A stretch of 64,000 nt of DNA, from positions 124,001-188,000 of IMG/VR virus record IMGVR_UViG_3300030419_008158. One strand, given 5' to 3'. This document shows, piece by piece, positions 19,376 to 27,697 of the stretch. Made by a program: the position numbers and the translations under genes. The notes under the pieces were generated by a model. The model ran no database searches, was not told where the DNA came from, and worked only from the letters and a program-made list of their open reading frames with translations. Each line of letters opens with the position of its first letter. Positions within the stretch are counted from its first letter, which is position 1.

Positions 19376-20162
19376 AATGATTTTCCATATGAGCTAATCT
19401 TTCTTCTAGAATCTTTAAAGTATGTGTATCTGCGTATGGGATTATTCTTATGATATTCATAACCAAAAGTCTTTTGACTGCTTCCATTTCGTCATTATTT
19501 AGTCTTTCACACATTTTATTATAGAGAAACATGCACTTTATTACAGGCGGAGATGTGCTATTTCTCCACGACCACATCGATATGATGTCTTGAAAAACTT
19601 TGGCGCAGTCAATGTATTTTGTCTCAGCAAATGAATCTAAAAAATCGATAAGATAGACATCAGAGTTGTAGATAATAATATTTTCAAATGTTAGGTCGCC
19701 ATGACACATCGATGATGTCATTTTTGTCCAATCATAGTCTAAACAATATTGAAAGTATTTTTCAAATTTTGAAGAGACATGACTTCTGAGGTCATCTACT
19801 TTTTTCTCAACTAACGATGCTAGATTACTTTTATCTTCTTTGCGAAATAAAAAATTAGTAATTTTTTCAAAAATATGAAGAATATCATTTGAACTACTAG
19901 AGGAAACATAGTTGCTAAATGTACAGCCACTTATGTACTCCATGTCGAAATAAAACATGTTGTCATGTGTGCCAAAGTTATATATTTTTGGCGTTTTTAG
20001 GACAGAATCTCTAAAAAGAAGCTGTTTTTTCATTTGACTTTTTAGTCGATTGTTGTATTCAATACTAGGTGATATTTTTCTTACAAACTTTCTTTCTAAT
20101 TCTTTGTCAATATGAAGCTCAACTTTGCAACCTGAGTGTCCTTTGAGTTTCTTTACAAACAT
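19365..20162 (-). CDS. APH/choline-kinase-like phosphotransferase
   Basis: KGHSGC, VRKIS, HGDLTFEN, YLIDFLD. Confidence 0.75.
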   Translation of the reverse strand: MFVKKLKGHSGCKVELHIDKELERKFVRKISPSIEYNNRLKSQMKKQLLFRDSVLKTPKIYNFGTHDNMFYFDMEYISGCTFSNYVSSSSSNDILHIFEKITNFLFRKEDKSNLASLVEKKVDDLRSHVSSKFEKYFQYCLDYDWTKMTSSMCHGDLTFENIIIYNSDVYLIDFLDSFAETKYIDCAKVFQDIISMWSWRNSTSPPVIKCMFLYNKMCERLNNDEMEAVKRLLVMNIIRIIPYADTHTLKILEERLAHMENHFEK

Positions 20163-20187
20163 GTTTTTCTATCAATTCTCACCCTCG

Positions 20188-20994
20188 CTAGCGAAATATT
20201 TGATACATTATTTCAAAATTTCTATGCTGGTGTGCATTACACTGAAGAACTAGAAATGAGGTTGGTATTTTCTTTGCTAAATACCCAATAGCTAGCTGTT
20301 CATTATTCATTCTTCCAGCGCCAATCATCAAGTTTTGTAAAACATCATCACACCATGCTCTAAGAGCAATGCTTCCGAATTTATCTACTCCGAAAAGGCC
20401 GCCCCACATAAAAGATCTATTGTCCCAAAAATAGTCTTCTGTCATATCTCCGTTGATAAGATCCGGATAGGGCGAAACATACATCTGATATAGTATTTTT
20501 GCTGTATGTTCTTTTATTTGATTTTCAAAAGTTGGTCCCGGTAAGGGTTGAGTAAAATCAATGTCAGGCGCGTGTCGAGAAATACCGGCGTCCATCCAGA
20601 AAAAATAGTCGCTATTAAAGTGATTCTCTAATGCAGCTCTTTCGACCCAAGCAAATTTAGAATATTGAATTATGGAGTAAAGACTAGTCTTGCATTCTAT
20701 CCTACCTGGATCTTTAATCCTGTCCTGGTATTCCTCGCTGGATAGAACTGCATCAATTTTTTCTTTCAAATGATAACACGGAACTTCATCAAGTTTTTGA
20801 TTGATTATTTTTGTTTCTCTACCAGGAGGTCTGTTTTCTTCAATAAACGAATTCAAACTCTCATCACAGTAGATAACCATCGGGGCACCCATTTTAAGAG
20901 TGTCCGCAAACCACTCATAATACTGCTCCATTCCGCGGCCGTCGACATCTTTTCTTCCAATATCAAATAAAGCTGTTACCACTGTTGCTTTCAT
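20188..20994 (-). CDS. HtrL/YibB (WlaTC)-like glycosyltransferase
   Basis: TVVTALFDIGR, YFFWMDAGI, GGLFG, NNEQ. Confidence 0.7.
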   Translation of the reverse strand: MKATVVTALFDIGRKDVDGRGMEQYYEWFADTLKMGAPMVIYCDESLNSFIEENRPPGRETKIINQKLDEVPCYHLKEKIDAVLSSEEYQDRIKDPGRIECKTSLYSIIQYSKFAWVERAALENHFNSDYFFWMDAGISRHAPDIDFTQPLPGPTFENQIKEHTAKILYQMYVSPYPDLINGDMTEDYFWDNRSFMWGGLFGVDKFGSIALRAWCDDVLQNLMIGAGRMNNEQLAIGYLAKKIPTSFLVLQCNAHQHRNFEIMYQIFR

Positions 20995-21950
20995 GTGTTC
21001 TCCTTGTCACATACTTTCTTTACATTCTTTAGATAAATTTGACTAACTATATTTTTCCAATCAAAAGTCTCTGCGTATCTTCTTATTTCGCTTCTCATCT
21101 CAATAGAAACTTCTCTATTTTTTGATATCACACTTTTCACATAGTCAGCATCATCAATTTTGCTTTCCGGTATTATATCAATAAAGGGAAGATCAGCATC
21201 TAAATTGGCTGCTGAAAACTCCGATATAACCAACCCTAGACCGGCTGACATGGCTTCCAAGCAAACTAGTGGGTGTGCTTCTCCGTCGCTGAGCAGTACT
21301 AAGTTAGCAAAATTAGTAAGACCATCGTAAAGTTCATTTTTTGTCCACTCGCCCAAATATCTATCAGATGATGTATCAAACTGTGGCTCGATACAGTTAC
21401 CAACAAAGTAAAGATTTTCTATATCTTGAAACTTTATTTGCCTTTTTCGAAAGTCAATCTTTGCCAGATAAATAGAATCATTGGGGCGCAAACATGTCGG
21501 TTCGTATCTAAAAAGATCAGTTCTTACTCCGTTGGGAACTACATAAAGTCTGTCTTCTGGAATTCCTGATTTTTTATAAATTTCTTTTATTCCCGGTGAG
21601 AGACAAAATACATTCCAGTTACTGTTGACAAATGCCCAAAAGACGTTTCTATAGCCGGCGTCCCACCGGTGTGTCTGTTCTAGATAGCCATAGTGACTAG
21701 TCACAACAACATTTTTCTTTCTTATGTGGGGAGCCAGATGTGCCCATTCATCATACTGAAAGTGGATAAAATCAGCATCTGATGCATTTACTAGTTCGAC
21801 TATTAGACTGTGATCTTTTGTGTTTATAATTTCCACTTCGTGACACATGGAAATTAGTGTCTTTCTGTAGTCATCAATTAATATCTCTACTGCGCCCCAA
21901 CCCTTTGGAGGTATTGGCATTTCCCCGGGACCTACTATACAAAATTTCAT
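20991..21950 (-). CDS. GT-B glycosyltransferase (GT4-like)
   Basis: IPPKGWGAVE, VVPNGV, EAHPLVCLEAMSAG. Confidence 0.8.
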   Translation of the reverse strand: MKFCIVGPGEMPIPPKGWGAVEILIDDYRKTLISMCHEVEIINTKDHSLIVELVNASDADFIHFQYDEWAHLAPHIRKKNVVVTSHYGYLEQTHRWDAGYRNVFWAFVNSNWNVFCLSPGIKEIYKKSGIPEDRLYVVPNGVRTDLFRYEPTCLRPNDSIYLAKIDFRKRQIKFQDIENLYFVGNCIEPQFDTSSDRYLGEWTKNELYDGLTNFANLVLLSDGEAHPLVCLEAMSAGLGLVISEFSAANLDADLPFIDIIPESKIDDADYVKSVISKNREVSIEMRSEIRRYAETFDWKNIVSQIYLKNVKKVCDKENT

Positions 21951-22672
21951 TTTACACCTGCGAATCTAGGGAATTCACTCATGTCTTTATGAAGATGAAC
22001 AAACTTAGTTGGATAGTTTTCTCTAATATTATTATAGCCATTTTGAGGCTGGGCATAGCCCGGATGAAGTGTTCTCACTAGACTGCTATTTTCTAAAAAG
22101 TATTTGTTTGTGTGTGATTCATCATGCCAAACTGCCACGATTTCGTCTTCTAAATCTTCATCCACTCTTCGCTCCAAAACACTTATCATTTCTAAAAACT
22201 CTAATGTCTTTCCGCCCCAAAAACACCCTTGCCTGTATTGAGATAGATCATATTGATCATCGTATATATTAGCTCGAGATCTAGTGTCGGTTTCGAACGC
22301 TCCAATTTTCCCCAAAAAACCTGGATGTTGCACACCAATCAAAGGCTCATTTCCAAAAAGATCGTCTGGGTCTACCTTCCCAACACACCACATGTCTGCG
22401 TCGACAAAAAAAGAATAATCAAATTTAGAAATTTGTTTTCTCATCTGATTCATGTACTTAAATCGATAGAGGGTAATATAAGGCCAACCCTGGTGATCTA
22501 TTTTCATGCACGTAACGTTTTCTTTATTGAATAATTCATAGTCAATATCGTCTGTGTACACAAAATAATGTTTCTCGATGCCTGGTAGAAAGTTCTTCTG
22601 TAGGCCTTCATAATAGCCCTCAAAAAAGCCTTTATATCTGCCAGTTCCGATAAAATTAATTGCTACTTTCAT
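21947..22672 (-). CDS. GT6 alpha-1,3-Gal/GalNAc transferase (ABO-transferase family)
   Basis: FIGTGRY, FVYTD, WPYITLYRF, FVDADM (DxD), QGCFWGG, WHDESHTNKY. Start moved to 22672 (ATGA overlap). Confidence 0.88.
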   Translation of the reverse strand: MKVAINFIGTGRYKGFFEGYYEGLQKNFLPGIEKHYFVYTDDIDYELFNKENVTCMKIDHQGWPYITLYRFKYMNQMRKQISKFDYSFFVDADMWCVGKVDPDDLFGNEPLIGVQHPGFLGKIGAFETDTRSRANIYDDQYDLSQYRQGCFWGGKTLEFLEMISVLERRVDEDLEDEIVAVWHDESHTNKYFLENSSLVRTLHPGYAQPQNGYNNIRENYPTKFVHLHKDMSEFPRFAGVK

Positions 22673-23436
22673 ATTGTCACCCAATTGCTTCTGTAAATAG
22701 AAGACCAATCTGAGGGTCCTTCACTAGAAAACCATTTTTTTGGAGCTATGACTCCACTAGAATTGCTAAGCCATGCACCCCACCAGCTAAACGAAGAATT
22801 CGCAATAATATGCGAGGTACACATGGACATCATGCACATTTCTGTTGCATCGTCACCATCCTCAGCAAAATAAAATCTATCGTCGCTAAAAATATTCTTA
22901 CACCACTCTATGTCGTCACTAAAAACCAGAAAAATACAGTCAGGAATATTTTGAATTACTATGTTGATCGCTTCTTGATAGTAGTCAGTGCCTAGATTTG
23001 TATGATATCCCGACAAGCTAAGATAATCACCTCTTCTGACATGTAGAGAGCAAATATTTTTTCCCTCAAATGGTGTCATTAGGTTTTTAGCGTTTTCTTG
23101 TATTTTTTTGTGAAATGTGAACTCTTTTCTAAGTGATTTTTCACAGTGATTAAAATATCCTGGTGATTGAAAATAGCCGTGTATGTCAGTTTTGTCAGGT
23201 GCCATAAAAATATTAGGAGAGAATAAAAAATTTGGCTCTTCATACCGGTACTTAGGCGCATAATTTTCCGGAATTATTTCGGCATTAGTCATAGAAAACA
23301 CGCTAAAAAGCTGATGGTTATTTTTAGGAATTGCTATTTTTTGTCCTCTCAAGAATCCTACGGAAAACAATGTTGCGTATTGAAACATTTGATTTCCTAG
23401 TCTTCCATTTTTTCCTAGCTCACTATAAGTTATCAT
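22669..23436 (-). CDS. GT11 alpha-1,2-fucosyltransferase
   Basis: GRLGNQMFQYA, GYFQS, HVRRGDY, IIANSSFSWWGAWL. Start moved to 23436. Confidence 0.92.
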   Translation of the reverse strand: MITYSELGKNGRLGNQMFQYATLFSVGFLRGQKIAIPKNNHQLFSVFSMTNAEIIPENYAPKYRYEEPNFLFSPNIFMAPDKTDIHGYFQSPGYFNHCEKSLRKEFTFHKKIQENAKNLMTPFEGKNICSLHVRRGDYLSLSGYHTNLGTDYYQEAINIVIQNIPDCIFLVFSDDIEWCKNIFSDDRFYFAEDGDDATEMCMMSMCTSHIIANSSFSWWGAWLSNSSGVIAPKKWFSSEGPSDWSSIYRSNWVTI

Positions 23437-23437
23437 T

Positions 23438-24124
23438 TTATCCCACTCCGTAAAAGGATCTAAAGACACTACTTAGAAATGCTGGTGCTTTATGGTTATA
23501 GTTGGGATTATCCTTGTATGTGTAATCTAGCAAGATCTCGTCAACAATTCCAAATTTATACCACTGCATAGCTCTAAGCCACAAACTATAATCTTCTGCC
23601 ATCCAAAATGTATCATCGTATCCGCCCAGCTTTTCCATAATCTTTTTTCTAAAAACGACACCTGGGTGTGGTATGACATTCCACCCTCTAAGAAGAGCTG
23701 CTTTTATATCCATGTCTTTGGTGGGGCGAAGTGGTTCTTGCTTTGTAGGTAAAAAATTTTCATCTACCAATCTGATTTGTGTACTACAAATGTCGATATC
23801 AGAATTTTCAGACAAATATTTTATCTGCTTTTCTAGCTTTTCAGGGTACCATAAATCATCTGCATCTTGTCGACCGATGAGATCAAATTTAGAAACTGAT
23901 AGGCCCTTATTAAGGGCCGGAACTAATCCGGGCGAAGAATGTTCCACCACAACTCTATTATCCTTCGAAGCAAAATCTAAAAGTATTTTTTCAGTTTTGT
24001 CAGAACTATCATTAACAACACAAATTAGCTCAAAATTCGAATATGTTTGTGATAAAACTGACTTTACTGCTCTCTCAAGAGTCTTTTCAGCATTTCTTGC
24101 CGGAAGAATAATAGATATTTTCAA
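23438..24124 (-). CDS. GT2 glycosyltransferase
   Basis: ISIILPARN, ICVVNDSSD, ALNKG, RQDADD, EDYSLWLR. Confidence 0.9.
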   Translation of the reverse strand: MKISIILPARNAEKTLERAVKSVLSQTYSNFELICVVNDSSDKTEKILLDFASKDNRVVVEHSSPGLVPALNKGLSVSKFDLIGRQDADDLWYPEKLEKQIKYLSENSDIDICSTQIRLVDENFLPTKQEPLRPTKDMDIKAALLRGWNVIPHPGVVFRKKIMEKLGGYDDTFWMAEDYSLWLRAMQWYKFGIVDEILLDYTYKDNPNYNHKAPAFLSSVFRSFYGVG

Positions 24125-26016
24125 AACTCGATCCGTATACTGGGGGTGGGATTTTTCCAGTCTACCTTAGAATGAAATACATGCCCTCCGGTTTCCTTTG
24201 AAAGCTTTTTAGCCAATGTCTCTATTTCATCGTCTGTCACTTCTGACCACGGTTTATCAAAGAACTTGTTATTTTCTGACGTGTCTTCATGTGTTATGTT
24301 ATACAAGCTTTCCCAATGTCTTTGCCAAAAATTTTTGTAAGTCTTGATTTTTCTAGAAATGTCCATCCAGGAAAAATGTTCTACTGCTGGCAGAAGATTT
24401 ACGCAGTTTTGAAGCCATTGCTCGTATGCTTTCAGTGCTTCATTGTTTCCGTTTAAAGCCTGGTGTCTGGCAATATGTGCCGGTTCATTGTAAAAATTAG
24501 CATGCGGAATTATTTCGAACGTCTCAGCATGCACATAATCACACCCATCTGTCCCTTGTGACGCATAAAGATCTCCATTTTCATCCTGCATTCTCATTTG
24601 CTTTGGAATTCCATGGGTAATGTGAGGTAGATTTTTACTAAGCCGCCACTTCCATGGATTTACGTCGACTCTAACTTTATTTTTAGATCCCCAGTATTCT
24701 ACTACAGGAAATGAAACTAAGTCCACAGTTTGTGGCCATGATCGACAAAAAGATCTAACTTTTTCTAAAGTACCTTCCGGTACAACTTCATCAGCATCCA
24801 TTTGCCAGCAATATTCCATCGTACATCTTTTTCTAGACTCAGCTTTTTGTGCCCCATCGAAGACTGCAGACCTTGGGTGATCCCAATCTCTTTCAACTAA
24901 AAAGACTTTGAGCTTATCTTCCTTTTCTGACCACTCCAAAAGCTTTTCCCACGTCCCATCAGATGAACCACCGTCGACGACAACAACCTCGTCACAAAAA
25001 TTTATCATCGAGCTAATACACTCTTCAAAAGGATATTTTTGCTCAACACAGTTTAGTGTAGTTGTATAGCCTGAAATTGTCGGCTGATAGTTAGCATTTT
25101 TCATCTCTTGACGCCAAAATAAATCTCTACTGCCGTATAAATACTCTTCTATTTCCTGGATATTCTCAGTTACAAACCACTCCTCGTCTTTGTGCTGAAC
25201 GTATTCATTGAGTTCTAATTTGCACCCTAGAAGCTTGGCCTCTATTACCATTCTAGGACATGTATCATTGCCCATGGGAAGATATACAAATCCTTCTGCA
25301 GTTGAAAGTTTTTCTAATAGATCTGCATACGGAAGGCCCCAAACTACTTCATATTCTAAGTTGTTTTGTTTGCACCATGCTTCTGCTTGTTCAGCTCCTT
25401 TTATCCATGAGTTAGATCCTAAAACTATCCATCCTTTTCTTTTCTTAGATTTAGAGTCTACTCTTAGCTTCTTTACAGTCACAAAAAACTCATCATTAAA
25501 GACTGAACTTAGAACTGTATTATTCTTGTCTTGTAAGAATGGAAATTTTTCGAAATATACGCTTTGTTGCTTTTCACCCATCCAATAGAGTGTTTTGGCA
25601 CCGTAATAGAAAGCAGAAATCATTTTTCCATGCTGTGATTGATCACAGTCGCACTCTGAACCTTCTGCAAATAGGTGTTTTTCTGCAGATCTATACTTAC
25701 AGTACTTATAATCATACTCTAGAACTGAATAGCTTATATTGGCAACAATTGTAGGAATCAATTCTGGGTTCATTCCGGAAAAGTTTCCAAATATCCAATG
25801 TTTACCATGACCTTGCTCTAAAAGTTCAACAGAAACCCTTTTAGAGTGTACTTTCTGATATTTTACTGGGCACTTCTCGATAAGCGCTTCAGTAGTAAGC
25901 TCAGCTCCGCCCACATAATCATCTACGAACATGTCTGAGACGAATATTATTTCTGCATCTTCTTCTAGCGAGAATGTGTCTACATTTTTAGCTGAGAAAG
26001 GACTGTTTAAGTTCAT
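24121..26016 (-). CDS. Two-domain glycosyltransferase (GT-B-like + GT2)
   Basis: FVYLP...DTCPRMVIEAKLLGC, then YPFEECISSM...VVVVDGGSSDGT...QMDADE. Confidence 0.8.
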   Translation of the reverse strand: MNLNSPFSAKNVDTFSLEEDAEIIFVSDMFVDDYVGGAELTTEALIEKCPVKYQKVHSKRVSVELLEQGHGKHWIFGNFSGMNPELIPTIVANISYSVLEYDYKYCKYRSAEKHLFAEGSECDCDQSQHGKMISAFYYGAKTLYWMGEKQQSVYFEKFPFLQDKNNTVLSSVFNDEFFVTVKKLRVDSKSKKRKGWIVLGSNSWIKGAEQAEAWCKQNNLEYEVVWGLPYADLLEKLSTAEGFVYLPMGNDTCPRMVIEAKLLGCKLELNEYVQHKDEEWFVTENIQEIEEYLYGSRDLFWRQEMKNANYQPTISGYTTTLNCVEQKYPFEECISSMINFCDEVVVVDGGSSDGTWEKLLEWSEKEDKLKVFLVERDWDHPRSAVFDGAQKAESRKRCTMEYCWQMDADEVVPEGTLEKVRSFCRSWPQTVDLVSFPVVEYWGSKNKVRVDVNPWKWRLSKNLPHITHGIPKQMRMQDENGDLYASQGTDGCDYVHAETFEIIPHANFYNEPAHIARHQALNGNNEALKAYEQWLQNCVNLLPAVEHFSWMDISRKIKTYKNFWQRHWESLYNITHEDTSENNKFFDKPWSEVTDDEIETLAKKLSKETGGHVFHSKVDWKNPTPSIRIEF

Positions 26017-26078
26017 TTACTTCACCTCTTCTCTATAATAGAGATACTAATACATAAAGTACAAAAGTAAATGAACTT
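26009..26078 (-). promoter_or_regulatory. 14-bp perfect inverted repeat covering the start codon of the first glycan gene
   Basis: aagttcatttactt (26009-26022) and aagtaaatgaactt (26065-26078) are exact reverse complements; ATG at 26016; SD GAGGTG at 26023-26028. Confidence 0.55.
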
Positions 26079-26237
26079 TCTTATAGATGATTCTTTAAGA
26101 AAATAATCTCTATAGAGATAGAAGATATCTTAAGAATCTCAGTCTCTTTCCCCGAGTCCAGGTTCATTTAAAGAATAGAAGCATTTCTATAAATGTTCAA
26201 AAAAAAATAATTATTTTCTAGAAATGATGAAAATTAC

Positions 26238-27683
26238 CTATGAAACTACTTGATAACCTTTCATTGGATCAAAATCGATTAGGACATCGCCCGATGATGA
26301 ATCTATGGAAAGAGCATATCCAACAACTCTTACGTACTCGCCGGCGCTTGAGGGGGCTGCTGCATCAAATTGTCCTGCGGTACCTTCTGATACATAGACA
26401 GCTGAGCCTGTCACAAATGTTCCATTGAATTGACCAGAAGGAATTCTATAATACCCCTTGGTGAAAACACCATAGTATTGAGAAGGTCCGCCCAATCCAA
26501 TGCCTAATTTTGCTGTTGCACCGGTTGATACTGATGAAGCATCTGCCAGATTCCACGTGCCGTCTGTGTGCAAGTAGTATAATGCACCTGCAGTAAGCAT
26601 CTCATTAGCACCCGGGGAGAAAACAAGAAAGTCTCCTCTTCCCCACCCACTTTGGAACTGTCCGGTAAATGAATAATTCTGAATATCAAGCCAGTCTTCT
26701 TCCCCTCCAAACTTTTTAAAGCCCCCAGACACAATTAAATCGCCCTGGGAGACTGCGGCTCCATAAGACCCGGGCTGGCCGTTGGATCCTGCTGTTCCGG
26801 AAATGAAAAGAACAACATCAGTCCCCACACCGGTTACACGCCCACCACCTATAATGTTTTGAGTTGATCTGAGATGAAGAGAATCGACTTCAGAGTGATG
26901 ATTGTACCCACCATACAAATTTCCTGATACAACTAGATCACCACCGAATATTGAAACTCCTTCGTTATTTTTACCACCTTCTGATCCGGACACAAAGAAG
27001 TTAGTATCGGACGGTGCTTCGTCGGAGAGGACTAAAACTTGACCCTCGTTGCTGCTTTCAACCATCGTGAGCATATCAACTCCGCCGGCCTGGAAGTTAA
27101 TTTTGTCTGCAGCAGGAAAATCCATGAAAGTATTGCTATCACCCAGATGCTGCAACCTCTTTGAGATGGCAATATCAGATGTATGACCTCCATCAATCCC
27201 TACAACAAAAGTTCCAGCGCCCATTGAGCTTACGCCATTTGGTCCGAATCCAAAACGACCATCAGCCCGAGCTCTAAATAGTACATCACCGTCACCATCT
27301 TCCATCTCTAGAATGTGGGTACCAGATCCGTTGCCATCTGCTAATAGCTTTAAAACATGGCCTGAATCGCTTTGATCGTTATGTAATTTGGCAGCGAAAC
27401 CCTCATGAACATTTGCCTTAGATTCTAGTGCACCTGTTAAAATAAGAGTTGTACCATTATATGTAAGATTAGATTCTACAGAAGCCTCGTCTGAGTCTTT
27501 ATAGGTCAGCACCCCGTTAGATGTTGATCCGTCAAAAGATATTCCGCCCCCACCACCAGATGCAGCTATAGTAACATTATCTCCGGAGCCACTAGATATT
27601 GTAATGTTAGATCCGGCGATTAAAAATGATGATCCATCAGAAAGTTTTGTATGTGAACCTGAAACTGGCCCTATTAACGGCAT
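26238..27683 (-). CDS. Virion fibre/appendage protein (481 aa)
   Basis: Gly/Ser-rich; shares SGSxTxLxDG and FxVSG...FGGD modules with its neighbours; distinct C-terminal domain. Confidence 0.65.
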   Translation of the reverse strand: MPLIGPVSGSHTKLSDGSSFLIAGSNITISSGSGDNVTIAASGGGGGISFDGSTSNGVLTYKDSDEASVESNLTYNGTTLILTGALESKANVHEGFAAKLHNDQSDSGHVLKLLADGNGSGTHILEMEDGDGDVLFRARADGRFGFGPNGVSSMGAGTFVVGIDGGHTSDIAISKRLQHLGDSNTFMDFPAADKINFQAGGVDMLTMVESSNEGQVLVLSDEAPSDTNFFVSGSEGGKNNEGVSIFGGDLVVSGNLYGGYNHHSEVDSLHLRSTQNIIGGGRVTGVGTDVVLFISGTAGSNGQPGSYGAAVSQGDLIVSGGFKKFGGEEDWLDIQNYSFTGQFQSGWGRGDFLVFSPGANEMLTAGALYYLHTDGTWNLADASSVSTGATAKLGIGLGGPSQYYGVFTKGYYRIPSGQFNGTFVTGSAVYVSEGTAGQFDAAAPSSAGEYVRVVGYALSIDSSSGDVLIDFDPMKGYQVVS

Positions 27684-27697
27684 TTAGCCCTCCCAGA

